Assembly (NCBI GenBank): GCA_036521575.1
Contig: DATDHL010000638.1
Location: forward strand, 9,908-73,907
Length of the DNA stretch: 64,000 nt
Source: Edaphobacter sp.
GTDB taxonomy: Bacteria > Acidobacteriota > Terriglobia > Terriglobales > Acidobacteriaceae
Direction: 5' to 3'
Shown: one piece after another, positions 9,867 to 20,014 of the stretch
Layout of the letters: the number at the start of each line of letters is the position of its first letter
Numbering within the stretch: position 1 is the stretch's first letter
Made by a program: the position numbers and the translations under genes
Notes under the pieces: model-generated
Database searches by the model: none
What the model was told of the DNA's origin: nothing
What the model saw: only the letters and a program-made list of their open reading frames with translations

Positions 9867-10668
9867 GGGCCGTCTGGCGCCCTCTCCAACGGGCTTTCTC
9901 CACCTCGGTCATGCTGCGACCTTTTGGACTGCATACCAGCGGGCAAATAAGCCTCGTGGAACACTGCTGTTGCGTAATGAGGATCTTGATCCGCAGCGGT
10001 CGAAGGTCGAGCTTGTTGACGCGATGGTTGAGGATCTTGCGTGGCTCAGGATCGACTGGGAACCTCCGATGGTTTCGCAGTCGGGGCGTGCGGGGATTTA
10101 TCGGCAGGCGTTTGAGAGATTGCTTGAGGCGGGGTTTGTTTATCCGTGCCGTTGCAGCCGAAAGGATCTAGCGCGCATGATGCACGCTCCGCATGAGGAT
10201 ACTGATGATGAGCCCGTGTATGACGGGCAGTGTCGGCCTACCGGTGAGGCTTTATCGCGGAGTCTTGTGCCGGGAATGAACTATCGGTTTCGTGTGCCGG
10301 ATGGTGAGGCAATTCGTTTTCTTGATGCAAATATGGGTGCGCGGACGTTTACGGCAGGTGTGGACTTTGGGGATTTTCTGGTTTGGCGTAAGGATGGGTT
10401 GCCGAGTTATCAGCTGGCCTGCGTGGTGGATGATGCGGCGATGGCGATTACTGAGGTCGTGCGGGGGGCTGATCTGTTGAAGTCTACGGCGCGGCAGATC
10501 TTGTTGCAGCGTGCGCTGGGCTTGGCTGGTGTGGATTATTTTCATACGCGGCTGATGGTGGATGAGCATGGTGTGCGGCTGGCCAAGCGGCATGATGCTC
10601 TGGCGATTCGTACGCTGCGTGAGCGTGGATTGAGCCGCGAGGATGTGGTGGCGTTGTTCGGAGGCTGA
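9850..10668 (+). CDS. gluQ: Glutamyl-Q tRNA(Asp) synthetase
   Basis: GRLAPSPTGFLHLGH, RNEDLDPQR, YPCRCSRK, YQLACVVDD, VVRGADLL, RLAKR; no anticodon-binding domain. Confidence 0.9.
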   Translation: MTLSYKGRLAPSPTGFLHLGHAATFWTAYQRANKPRGTLLLRNEDLDPQRSKVELVDAMVEDLAWLRIDWEPPMVSQSGRAGIYRQAFERLLEAGFVYPCRCSRKDLARMMHAPHEDTDDEPVYDGQCRPTGEALSRSLVPGMNYRFRVPDGEAIRFLDANMGARTFTAGVDFGDFLVWRKDGLPSYQLACVVDDAAMAITEVVRGADLLKSTARQILLQRALGLAGVDYFHTRLMVDEHGVRLAKRHDALAIRTLRERGLSREDVVALFGG

Positions 10669-10673
10669 TAGAC

Positions 10674-10704
10674 ACATGACAGTTGTCATGTCGTTTCGTG
10701 ACGT
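10674..10704 (+). promoter_or_regulatory. NarL/DesR-type operator: ACATGACA-GT-TGTCATGT plus a downstream GTGACG half-site
   Basis: Perfect 8-2-8 inverted repeat at 10674-10691 upstream of the ABC/two-component operon. Confidence 0.65.
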
Positions 10705-10772
10705 TCTCCACTGTTGCGGGGCTGCGGACCGGAACATGATCTCTTGTGTAAGCAGATGACGAGGAGGCAAAG

Positions 10773-11717
10773 ATGCCCGCTACTGCAGTGATGCGAGAGA
10801 CGGAGTTTGAACGATACGCTTCAGCGATGCAGCCGCAACAGGCGATTGCGGCGTTGAGCGGTGTGACGAAACGCTATGGCGATACGCTTGCGCTGGATGG
10901 GATGAATCTTGCGCTGAGGCCAGGCGAGGTTGTTGCGTTGCTGGGGCCGAATGGCGCTGGTAAGTCGACGGCGGTGCGGTTGCTGCTTGGGCTGATCGCA
11001 CCTACTTCGGGGACGGCGCGGGTGTTTGGCGGCGATCCTCAGAATCCAGAGACGCGGCTTCGCGTAGGGGCGATGCTGCAGGTGGCGCGGATTCCCGAGA
11101 CGCTGCGGGTCCGGGAGCATCTCGATTTGTTTCGCAGCTATTATGCGAATCCGCTTTCGGTAGCGGAGATTGTGCGGATCGCGCAGCTTGAGGGCATTGA
11201 GGACAAGATGTTCAGTAAGCTGAGCGGCGGGCAGAAGCAGCGCGTGCTGTTTGGGCTGGCGCTGTGCGGCGATCCTGATCTGGTGTTTCTGGATGAGCCT
11301 ACGGTTGGCATGGATATTGAGGCGAGGCGTGGCCTGTGGCAGCAGATTCGTACGCTGGCGAATCGTGGCAAGACGGTGCTACTGACGACGCATTATCTAG
11401 AAGAGGCGGATGCGTTGGCGCATCGGATCGTTGTGATCAACAAGGGCAAGATCGTCAGCGAGGGGACGCCGGCGGAGATCAAGAGCGTGAGTGCGGGTCG
11501 CAAGATTCGGTGCCGTACGCGGTTGACGGTGGAGTTTCTTTCCGGGCTGCCTGGTGTCACGAGCGTGGAACAGAGCGGCGATGACGTTGTCGTCATGACT
11601 CCACGGGCCGAGGAGGTCGTGCGCGAGATGCTACTACGCGATGCGACGCTGAGCGGCCTCGAGATCGCCAGTCCCGCGCTGGAAGACGCTTTTCTTGCGC
11701 TTACTACTTCGCGTTGA
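10773..11717 (+). CDS. ABC exporter ATP-binding protein
   Basis: GPNGAGKST, LSGGQKQR, VFLDEPT, LTTHY; GAGGAGG RBS. Confidence 0.95.
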   Translation: MPATAVMRETEFERYASAMQPQQAIAALSGVTKRYGDTLALDGMNLALRPGEVVALLGPNGAGKSTAVRLLLGLIAPTSGTARVFGGDPQNPETRLRVGAMLQVARIPETLRVREHLDLFRSYYANPLSVAEIVRIAQLEGIEDKMFSKLSGGQKQRVLFGLALCGDPDLVFLDEPTVGMDIEARRGLWQQIRTLANRGKTVLLTTHYLEEADALAHRIVVINKGKIVSEGTPAEIKSVSAGRKIRCRTRLTVEFLSGLPGVTSVEQSGDDVVVMTPRAEEVVREMLLRDATLSGLEIASPALEDAFLALTTSR

Positions 11718-11748
11718 ACTTATGCAGATGCAGTACAGGGAGAATATT

Positions 11749-12552
11749 ATGTCGACTCCATTTATCGCCTATCCTCAGCCAACGACGTCCGGCATCGCTC
11801 GGACTGTAAATATTTTTCGCAAGGAGACGAAGTATGAGTTTTTGAAGCTGCTGCGCAACCGGTCGTTTTCGCTGGCGGTTATTGCGTTTCCGATTATGTT
11901 TTATCTGTTGTTCGGCGTGACGAATCGGGGCGCGAATAGCAGCGGGATTCATATGGCCCGTTATCTGCTTGGCGGCTATGCGTGCTTTGGCGTGATTGGC
12001 GCGGCGCTGTTCGGCATCGGCGTGGGGCTGGCCGGTGAGCGGGCTGCGGGATGGCTGGAGGTGAAGCGCGCCAGCCCAATGCCGCCGATGGCTTATCTGT
12101 TTGCGAAGTGCATGGGCGCTGTCAGCTTTGGATTGATTATTGTTACGGCGTTGATTTCGCTTGCGCTTACGATGGGCGGAGTGTCGTTGAGTGCAAGTGA
12201 GGTATTGAGGATGTTCGGCGTGAGCGTGGTTGGGTCGGTCTCGTTTGCGAGTATGGGCTTTTTGCTGGCGCTGCTTGTTCCGGCGAATGCGGCGCCGGGC
12301 ATTGTGAATCTGATCTATCTGCCGATGTCGTTCGTGAGCGGGCTTTGGATGCCGATTCAATATCTGCCGCACTGGCTGCAACGCGTGGCGGCGGCGTTAC
12401 CGACCTATCATCTGGCACAACTGATGCTCCGTATCTTTGGATATGCAGACCATAGCTCGGCTGTGAGCCATTGGTTGAGTCTTGCTGGGTTCACGATGGT
12501 GATGCTGGGGGTGAGTTGGCTGGTCTTCAATCGGGCGCAGCAAAATGCCTGA
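11749..12552 (+). CDS. ABC-2 type permease
   Basis: About six TM segments; ERAAGWL...RASP and YLPMSFVSGLWMP motifs. Confidence 0.9.
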   Translation: MSTPFIAYPQPTTSGIARTVNIFRKETKYEFLKLLRNRSFSLAVIAFPIMFYLLFGVTNRGANSSGIHMARYLLGGYACFGVIGAALFGIGVGLAGERAAGWLEVKRASPMPPMAYLFAKCMGAVSFGLIIVTALISLALTMGGVSLSASEVLRMFGVSVVGSVSFASMGFLLALLVPANAAPGIVNLIYLPMSFVSGLWMPIQYLPHWLQRVAAALPTYHLAQLMLRIFGYADHSSAVSHWLSLAGFTMVMLGVSWLVFNRAQQNA

Positions 12553-12577
12553 TGCGCGATACACTTTCGGGGACGCT

Positions 12578-13699
12578 ATGACGAACAAGGAACAACTACC
12601 ATGCGATGGGCCGAACATTGGAAGCCGCCAGGGCACCGGTTACATCTGGATTGCGTATTCGGTGTTCTTTTTTGTCGATCCGTTTCTGCGACGCAACCTG
12701 CGGTTCTGGCTGATATGCCTGGCGATCTATGCAGTCTTTCTGGCCGTCTATATCGGCTACATGCGGGCGCGGTCCACGAAGCAGCGGTATGTTTTGCTGG
12801 CAGCTCTTTATGTTCTGGGGATGGTGTCGCTTCCGATCAACTCCAGCTCAACGGTCTTCTTTGTTTATAGCGCGGCGTTTCTTCCATTCGCCGTACCTTC
12901 TGTACCGACTGTAGTTGCAGTGATGGCGGTGCAGTGCCTTGTAGTTGTAATCCAAGGCCTGCTGATGCATATCAATTTTATTCCGATCGCGATAACAGTC
13001 ATCGTGACCATTATTGTGGGGACGAGCAACATCTTTGTGGCACAGCAGAAGCGCTCGCAGCACAAGCTGTTGATGGCCCATAACGAGATTGAACAGTTGG
13101 CCGCACTGGCCGAGCGGGAACGAATTGCGCGCGATCTGCATGATGTTCTGGGGCATACGCTGTCGGTGATTGTGTTGAAGTCGGAGCTCGCAGGAAGGCT
13201 GGTGGAGCGCGATCCGGCGCGTGCGGCGCAAGAGATTGCAGATGTGGAGAAGACGGCGAGGACAGCGCTGAAGGAGGTTCGCGAGGCGATTGGAGGGTAC
13301 CGGTCGCAGGGGCTCGCTGCCGAGGTGGAGATGGCACGGAATACGCTGCAGACCGCGGGTGTTGCGCTGGCGTGTGAATCTTCGTTGCCGAAGTTGCCGG
13401 CCGCTGAAGAGACTGTGCTGTGCCTCGCGTTGCGAGAGGCTGTGACCAATATCGTTCGCCATGCGCACGCGTCGCAGTGCCGGATGCGCTTCGCGACAAC
13501 AGAGGACCGCTTTCACTCGCTGCAGGTGGAGGACGATGGCCCTTATCCGATCAAGCAGGAGGGCAACGGATTGCGAGGAATGCGGGAACGAGTACAGTCG
13601 TTGGGCGGACGGTTTTCGATCAACAGTGAACATGGGACGACGCTGGTGGTGGAGCTTCCGGTCAGGTCAGACTCTTCGGCTACAGGGATGGTGCGGTAA
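12578..13699 (+). CDS. Sensor histidine kinase, HisKA_3 (DesK-like)
   Basis: N-terminal TM helices; ERERIARDLHDVLGHTLS, LREAVTNIVRH, GNGLRGMRERV. Confidence 0.93.
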   Translation: MTNKEQLPCDGPNIGSRQGTGYIWIAYSVFFFVDPFLRRNLRFWLICLAIYAVFLAVYIGYMRARSTKQRYVLLAALYVLGMVSLPINSSSTVFFVYSAAFLPFAVPSVPTVVAVMAVQCLVVVIQGLLMHINFIPIAITVIVTIIVGTSNIFVAQQKRSQHKLLMAHNEIEQLAALAERERIARDLHDVLGHTLSVIVLKSELAGRLVERDPARAAQEIADVEKTARTALKEVREAIGGYRSQGLAAEVEMARNTLQTAGVALACESSLPKLPAAEETVLCLALREAVTNIVRHAHASQCRMRFATTEDRFHSLQVEDDGPYPIKQEGNGLRGMRERVQSLGGRFSINSEHGTTLVVELPVRSDSSATGMVR

Positions 13700-14310
13700 T
13701 GGCAGAGATCCGAGTTGTGTTGGCGGAAGATCAAGGTATGGTTCTGGGCGCGCTGGCTGCGCTGCTGGATCTGGAGACGGACATCTGCGTTGTCGCACGC
13801 GCTGCGAATGGACGAGCGGCAATGGATGCAGTGGCCAGCTGTTCCCCTGACGTGCTGGTCACTGACATTGAGATGCCGAGGATGACAGGGTTGGAGCTGG
13901 CTGCTGCGTTGAAGACGAGCCATCCTGAGGTACGGACGATTATTCTGACGACCTTTGCGCGACCCGGTTATCTGCGGCGTGCGATGGATGCGGGAGCTCG
14001 TGGGTATTTGCTGAAGGATAGGCCGGCGGCCGAATTGGCTGATGCGGTTCGGCGTGTGTATCAGGGGTTACGGGTGGTCGATCCTGCGTTGGCGACAGAG
14101 GCATGGAGCGCGGAGCCTGATCCGCTGACCGAGCGCGAACGACAGATTCTGCAACGGGCGGGCGATGGCAGGAGTAGCGCGGAGATTGCTACGGAGCTGC
14201 ATCTCTCTGAAGGCACGGTGCGGAATTATCTATCGGATGCGATTGCGAAGCTGGGCGCCGCGAATCGCGTGGATGCTGCGAGAATTGCACGGGCGAAGGG
14301 CTGGCTCTGA
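13699..14310 (+). CDS. NarL/LuxR-family response regulator (DesR-like)
   Basis: VLAEDQ, DIEMP, LTTFARPGYL, LSEGTVRNY; start overlaps the kinase stop. Confidence 0.93.
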   Translation: MAEIRVVLAEDQGMVLGALAALLDLETDICVVARAANGRAAMDAVASCSPDVLVTDIEMPRMTGLELAAALKTSHPEVRTIILTTFARPGYLRRAMDAGARGYLLKDRPAAELADAVRRVYQGLRVVDPALATEAWSAEPDPLTERERQILQRAGDGRSSAEIATELHLSEGTVRNYLSDAIAKLGAANRVDAARIARAKGWL

Positions 14311-14390
14311 AAGATCGCCAACCGTAGGCAACCAATTTAAGATTAGACGCTTTGTGACTCTCCTGCATCCCACGAAACGGGAGATACACA

Positions 14391-15044
14391 ATGACCATCC
14401 ATGCTATTCGTTTCATTGTTCGCGCTGTGGCCCTGTGTGGCGCGGCTATTTTGCTCACTACGGGTTGTAGCAAGAAGGACGACAATCATCTTAACTTCAC
14501 GAACGCGATCAACACCTACTACGGTGCGCATGCCGCTTGCCTGTGGCCTCAGCCAGTGAAGTTCCCCGTGCAGGCTGATACGTCGGATACGAGTAAGACG
14601 TCGGGATACGATGCGCTGGTGGATCAGGGTTTGCTGGCGAGAACGACCGCTGAGAAGAAGAAGCTGATTATCGCGAGTAAGCAGGTAAACAACTACGACC
14701 TCTCCGATAAGGGGCGCACAGTGTGGACGGCAGACGTGCAGCAGCCTGGGTTTGGCAATTTTTGCTACGGACACCGGAAGGTCGACAGCATCGATTCGTC
14801 TACGCCAACGACGAGCGATGTAGGAGCTGCGACTCAGGTTCACTATCGCTACAGCCTGGCAGATGCTCCAGGATGGGCAACTGCGGCTGAGACGCAAAAT
14901 GCCTATCCGCAGATTCGCGCCGATCTAGGTGGTCCGCAGATGGGACTGGCGACGTTGAGCAATACGAGCAACGGATGGGTGGTCACGAGCGCACCTGGCG
15001 AGCGCAATACTGCTACAAGTGCCGACGGCAAGATCGTCGAATAA
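14391..15044 (+). CDS. Putative lipoprotein
   Basis: Lipobox-like LLTTGC after a hydrophobic signal. Confidence 0.75.
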   Translation: MTIHAIRFIVRAVALCGAAILLTTGCSKKDDNHLNFTNAINTYYGAHAACLWPQPVKFPVQADTSDTSKTSGYDALVDQGLLARTTAEKKKLIIASKQVNNYDLSDKGRTVWTADVQQPGFGNFCYGHRKVDSIDSSTPTTSDVGAATQVHYRYSLADAPGWATAAETQNAYPQIRADLGGPQMGLATLSNTSNGWVVTSAPGERNTATSADGKIVE

Positions 15045-15066
15045 GCAATGGCTGACAAAAACGATA

Positions 15067-15104
15067 GACCAGCGAGGTGATGTGTCTCTCGCTGGTCCAT
15101 TTTT
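15067..15104. terminator. Intrinsic terminator between convergent genes
   Basis: GACCAGCGAG / CTCGCTGGTC 10-bp stem followed by a T run. Confidence 0.7.
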
Positions 15105-15118
15105 ACTTCAGGATTTGA

Positions 15119-17563
15119 TTACTGAGCGTAGTCCTGATCGGTCTGGTCGTCCCCGCTGGGGCCTCCGCTCATGGCGATTGCAGTCTGGATTTCGGAGTAG
15201 GGCTTCATCTGGTATTCGTTCGGCGGAATATTGCCGGCGAGGTTGCGGACGAAGTAGTCCCAGCGGCGGCGGGCCATGTAGGGCGAGGCCTCCGCGTATC
15301 CGTGGGCGACGTTGGGGATCATCAAAAGGTCGAAGTCCTTGTTGGCTTTGATGAGGGCATCGACAACGAGCAGCGTGTTGTTTGGGGGGACGTTATTGTC
15401 CATGGTTCCGTGAGCCAGTAGGAGATGACCTTTCAGGTTTTTGGCGATGTTCTGGTTGGCCTGGCTGTCGTAGTTGCTGGTGCCGTCGGGGTTCTTTACT
15501 TCGAGGCCAGCCCACTTCTCGGCCCAGTCGTCTTCGTAGACGCGCTGGTCGTGATTGCCGCTTTCGGCGATGCCGACCTTGAAGAAGTCGGGATAGTTGA
15601 ACATAGCGGCAGCCGTAGCGTTTCCGCCGCCGGAGTGTCCGTACATGCCAGCACGGTCGATGTCGATCCAGGGATACTTCGCAGCGAGTTCCTTCATACC
15701 GGCGACCTGATCGGGGATGGTGTTGTCGCCGAGGTTGCCGAAGTAGAACTCGTGGAAGGCCTTGGAACGCCAGGGTGTGCCCATGCCGTCGATGCAGACG
15801 ACGACGAAGCCTAGCTCGGCCAGCGACTGCATATCGCGGTGCGCAGCGGAGAAGCTACGGTTGCCGCAAGAGCCGGTCTGCGGGCCGGGATAGACGTTGT
15901 TGACGATAGGGTACTTCTTTGATGGGTCGAAGTTCGTAGGCTTGAAGAGGAAGCCGTAGAGATCGGTCTTGCCGTCACGCGCTTTGACTGTGATGGGTGT
16001 AGGAAGAACCCAGCCGGTGGCGATGAGTTTAGTGATGTCCTGCTTACCAACTTCGACGAGGACTTTGCCGTTCGTGTCGCGAGCGACTGTAGTCTGCGGC
16101 TGAGTTGGTGTGGAATAGACGTCAACGAAGTAGCGACCATCGGGTGAGGGTGTGATGGCGTGATCGGCGTTCTCTGGTGTGAGGAGCTTCTGGCCAGAGC
16201 CGTCGAAGTTGATGCTGTAGTAGTGGGAGAAGTAGGGGTCGCGGCCGGGCTCTTTGCCGACGGCGAGGAAGTAGATTTTGCGAGCGGCTTCGTCGATCGA
16301 CAAGACCTGCGTGACGTTGCCTTCACCGTGGGTGATCTGGTTCTTGAGCTTGCCGGTGGTGAGGTCGTAGAGGTACATCTGACCCCAGTTGTCGCGTTCG
16401 CTGAACCAGAGGAGTTCGTTGGAGTTGGGAAGATAGGCCCAGTTCACCTTGTTGTTGCCGCTCTCGTAAAACTTGGGAGCGGTCTCGCCCATGACTTCGC
16501 GGACGTCGCCGGTGGAGGCGTCGGCGATGCGGAACCACTCCTGCTTGTGGTCGCGTGAGGTGGAGACGAAAGCAAGATGAGCGCTGTCGGGGCTCCACTG
16601 GACGTCGTCCCAGCCGCTGCCGCCGCGGCAACTGATGTCGTCGCAGAGTGTGGAGCGATGTTGATCGGCCGGCATCTTGAGGCGGATGACCTTGGGGGCG
16701 TCGACGTCGATGACGACGCGCTCGATCATGGTGACATCTTTATCGCCTACGAAGGGATACTTCCACGCCTTGAGTTTGGGATGGCCGTTGGTGACGGGGA
16801 CGAGGTACATCTCACCGTCTTTGCGCTGATCCTGCTGGAAGGTGGCGATTTTTTTTGAGTCGGGCGACCAGACGAGGATGGGGCTGTCGCTCTGCTGCCA
16901 GCCGGCGTTATCGGTGGCGTAGCCGTAGTCCTTGACGCCATCGGTGGTGAGTTGGGTCTCTTTGCCGGTGGCAACGTCGCGGACCCAGAGGTTGCTGTCG
17001 CGGAGGAAGGCGGCCTTGGTCTTGTCGGGCGAGATCTCGGATGCGGCGCGGTTGCGGCCTCCGGCGGGGCGTTCTGCCTGGGCGCCGGTTTCGGTCTTGC
17101 GCTGCGTACCGACGGGAGTGCAGACACCGGCACCGCTGAGGTCACAACGAAATTGACGTCCACGGAGAGAGGCAACGACTGTATCGCCGGAGAGCGTGAA
17201 ATCCGTAATGGCGAGATGGTGCGCGTCAGCCGTCATTCTTCCGTTGGAGGCTGCGGTAAGAGCGCTGGCAAGTTTTGCGTGATCGAATGCTGGGCCCTTA
17301 GTCCCCTTGGCGGGATCGACCAGAGTGAACGTTACGCCTTCGGGGCCGCGGTCTCGATACCAAAACCGGCCATCGGCCAGCCACGTGGGATTACTGACGC
17401 CGTGGTAGACCAGCGGGTTCACGTTGTAGTTCATGAACTTCTCGGCATGGGCGTAGTCGTCTGTTGTGAGTTGCTTTGCGGGTTCTGCCATTGCCGAGGC
17501 TGCGACACAGCTTGCAATCATCATCGCCGCTATCGCCGAGCGACACTTACCAAAAAACTCCAT
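15119..17563 (-). CDS. S9 family peptidase (dipeptidyl peptidase IV-like), secreted
   Basis: Signal peptide, beta-propeller repeats, GHSGGG nucleophile, HGTMDNNV, NVAHGY. Confidence 0.93.
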   Translation of the reverse strand: MEFFGKCRSAIAAMMIASCVAASAMAEPAKQLTTDDYAHAEKFMNYNVNPLVYHGVSNPTWLADGRFWYRDRGPEGVTFTLVDPAKGTKGPAFDHAKLASALTAASNGRMTADAHHLAITDFTLSGDTVVASLRGRQFRCDLSGAGVCTPVGTQRKTETGAQAERPAGGRNRAASEISPDKTKAAFLRDSNLWVRDVATGKETQLTTDGVKDYGYATDNAGWQQSDSPILVWSPDSKKIATFQQDQRKDGEMYLVPVTNGHPKLKAWKYPFVGDKDVTMIERVVIDVDAPKVIRLKMPADQHRSTLCDDISCRGGSGWDDVQWSPDSAHLAFVSTSRDHKQEWFRIADASTGDVREVMGETAPKFYESGNNKVNWAYLPNSNELLWFSERDNWGQMYLYDLTTGKLKNQITHGEGNVTQVLSIDEAARKIYFLAVGKEPGRDPYFSHYYSINFDGSGQKLLTPENADHAITPSPDGRYFVDVYSTPTQPQTTVARDTNGKVLVEVGKQDITKLIATGWVLPTPITVKARDGKTDLYGFLFKPTNFDPSKKYPIVNNVYPGPQTGSCGNRSFSAAHRDMQSLAELGFVVVCIDGMGTPWRSKAFHEFYFGNLGDNTIPDQVAGMKELAAKYPWIDIDRAGMYGHSGGGNATAAAMFNYPDFFKVGIAESGNHDQRVYEDDWAEKWAGLEVKNPDGTSNYDSQANQNIAKNLKGHLLLAHGTMDNNVPPNNTLLVVDALIKANKDFDLLMIPNVAHGYAEASPYMARRRWDYFVRNLAGNIPPNEYQMKPYSEIQTAIAMSGGPSGDDQTDQDYAQ

Positions 17564-17702
17564 AGTTACAGCCTCCGATTTTTGCACACCCAATTGTGGG
17601 GGATGGATAGAGCTAAGTCTACCGTCATTTCGGGCGATTGAAGCCCTGTGTCAGCACTTTGATGGACGCGTCGAAGGCAGGTTCGGTAGCGCGGTTCGCG
17701 CT

Positions 17703-18458
17703 CTAAGTGCCGCCGGAAGCTCGTGCCTTCCATAGAATTTGCCGTAGAATCCCCATCCATACCGGGACGTCGCTGGCAGTGAGGCCCATGCGCAACACCA
17801 GTCTTCGAATCTGCGCTTCGTCGCAATTGGAGGGGTGACGGCGGGTGTAGCCGGTCTTCTCGAGGACTTCGTTGAAGAGGATGGTGAAGCGTTCGACCTC
17901 GTCTGCGCGGGCAGCCTCGGGGACGCCGGTGCCGCTGTGGACGCCGGTCTGACGAACCAGTTCGTACAGGCACACGGCTACGGCCTGGCCGAGGTTCATC
18001 GAGGGATGGCGAAGGTCTTCGTGCTGCTGCATGGGGATGGTGAGGAGCCAGTGGCAGCGGCTGAGCTCGTCGTTGCTGAGGCCGGTCTTCTCGGAGCCGA
18101 AGAGAAGGGCAACGCGGCTGTCTTCGCGCGCAAGTTCGGTGTGGATTGCGGTGGAGGCTTCGGGTAGGGCATGCAGGGGATGCTGGAGGGCCCGCTCGCC
18201 TACGGCGGTTGTACCAACTACAAGGGTGCAGCCGGCAACAGCCTCGGCAACGGTGGCAAAGGACTTCGCTTCGGCGAGGATGGCAGAGGCATCGACTGCG
18301 GAGCGAGCTGCTTCGAAAGGGACGGCGTAGTCGTTGACTATGCGCAGATGGCGGAAGCCAAAGTCGTGCATGGCCCGGGCCACCGCGCCGATGTTGCCGG
18401 GGTTTCGGGCGCGTACCAGAACGATCGTGATGCGGTCGAGTTGTTGGCCGGACTCCAC
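17703..18458 (-). CDS. trmJ: TrmJ-like SPOUT RNA methyltransferase
   Basis: VLVRARNPGNIGAVARAM, LLFGSEKTGLSN, SMNLGQAV. Confidence 0.8.
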   Translation of the reverse strand: MESGQQLDRITIVLVRARNPGNIGAVARAMHDFGFRHLRIVNDYAVPFEAARSAVDASAILAEAKSFATVAEAVAGCTLVVGTTAVGERALQHPLHALPEASTAIHTELAREDSRVALLFGSEKTGLSNDELSRCHWLLTIPMQQHEDLRHPSMNLGQAVAVCLYELVRQTGVHSGTGVPEAARADEVERFTILFNEVLEKTGYTRRHPSNCDEAQIRRLVLRMGLTASDVPVWMGILRQILWKARASGGT

Positions 18459-18478
18459 TGTGGCTATTTTAGGCTGCG

Positions 18479-18517
18479 CAAAAAGAAGCGGCCTGCTTGA
18501 ACTGCACAGGCCGCTTC
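18479..18517 (-). terminator. Intrinsic terminator downstream of the YXWGXW gene
   Basis: GAAGCGGCCTG / CAGGCCGCTTC stem with an A run on the left (U tail on the minus strand). Confidence 0.7.
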
Positions 18518-18559
18518 GGTTGCTTACTCAGGCAAGGCTTGATCGGAGATGATTCCGTT

Positions 18560-19738
18560 CTAGCGTGGAGCCTTTTCGTCGTTGTGTTTCTCGTTGTGGA
18601 TCTGCTGGCTGGCGTGGTTCTGTTCGCGGTTGATCTGCTGGTGTTCCTGCGGGGTCAGGTGGCCGCCGTTAGCTTCGCGGTCAGCGTGCACCTGCTGGTT
18701 GATATGCTGTTCGCGATTCTCCACGCCGGCGCCTTCGTGCGGAGTCATGTGTCCGTTGTTGATGCCATTGGCTATGCGCTGCCGCTGGTTATTCTGCCGC
18801 TGGCCGACTTCGCTGTTGCCGTAGTTCTGGGTTGCGGCGTTGTGCTTGTCGTCGTAGATCGACCGGCTGACGTTGTTCTGGCGCTGGTTGATCTGCTGGT
18901 GTTCCTGCGGGGTGAGCTTGCCACCATTGGCGGCGCGATCAGCCGCGACCTGGTGGTTGATGCTGGCCTCGCGATTCTCGAGATTTTTGGTCTCTCCTGC
19001 ATTGAGCTTGCCGGAGCCTACGCCGTTGGCGATGCGTTGCTGCTGGTTCTCGCGCCGCTCATTCACAGTACCCATCGCCATGGTGTGTGGGCGGCCACCG
19101 TTGGCCGAGGCGAGCTGTCCGCGATCGGCGCGCATGACCTGCTCATGGTTGAACTGATTCACAGTGGGCTGGAAGTGCTGCTCGTGGAGAGCGATGCGCT
19201 CCTGTTCGCGCTCCTGCGCCCGTATGCCACCATTGCCGCCGTTGTAGCTGACGCGACTGTAGTTGTTGTTCACGATGACGGTCTTGGTGTAGACATTGTG
19301 TACGTTGACGATGTTGATATTGTTCACGGCTCGGTTATAGGCGAAGGTGCCGTGGTCCCAGTGACCGCCCTCATAGCCGACGCCGCCATAGCCGAAGCCA
19401 TAGTTCACGCCGCCGTAGAAGCCGATGTGCGGCCCCCAGTAACCGACGTGGAAGAGGTACGCTCCATTGGTCCAGCCCCAGAAGCCGGGGGTCCAAAGCA
19501 TGCCGACGGCTGGCGGCTGAACCCATACGCCGGGAACCCAGTAGTAGCCCTCCGGTCCATAGGCCCAATAGCCTGGTGTCCAGAGATAGCCCTCGCCGGG
19601 GCACAGTGGCTGTGTGTAAACAGGCAATGCGGGGGGCGCAATGTTGACGGAGATAATGACTCCCGCAAAAGATGCTGCCGGCGCAAGCATCAAAGCTGCC
19701 GCTACAAGAGACTTACCGATAAAACCACTGACTTTCAT
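18560..19738 (-). CDS. Secreted YXWGXW (WXXGXW) repeat protein with a duplicated N/Q-rich C-terminal module
   Basis: Signal peptide; YLWTPGYW, YYWVPGVW, LWTPGFW; QRIANG...LTPQEHQQIN module twice. Confidence 0.88.
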   Translation of the reverse strand: MKVSGFIGKSLVAAALMLAPAASFAGVIISVNIAPPALPVYTQPLCPGEGYLWTPGYWAYGPEGYYWVPGVWVQPPAVGMLWTPGFWGWTNGAYLFHVGYWGPHIGFYGGVNYGFGYGGVGYEGGHWDHGTFAYNRAVNNINIVNVHNVYTKTVIVNNNYSRVSYNGGNGGIRAQEREQERIALHEQHFQPTVNQFNHEQVMRADRGQLASANGGRPHTMAMGTVNERRENQQQRIANGVGSGKLNAGETKNLENREASINHQVAADRAANGGKLTPQEHQQINQRQNNVSRSIYDDKHNAATQNYGNSEVGQRQNNQRQRIANGINNGHMTPHEGAGVENREQHINQQVHADREANGGHLTPQEHQQINREQNHASQQIHNEKHNDEKAPR

Positions 19739-20014
19739 GCATCTACCCCTGGGATACGGCATCACGCTAAAAAGGAAGCGCTGCCTCAAAATTTGGATCA
19801 ACTGAATACGTCTCTATTCAGCCTACCCCACGTTGAAACACATGATCAGCGTGGAAGTTTTCCAGTTTATTCGCCTGGATTGGGTAGTTGGGATACAACA
19901 AAGGTGGCAGTGGACAGCAACGTTTCTGCGTGATAAGGCAGCGCCGAAACGGCCTCATCTACACTCATACCTTGTATGAACAGATAATTTGCCTTTGCGC
20001 AGCGCCAGAATTTC

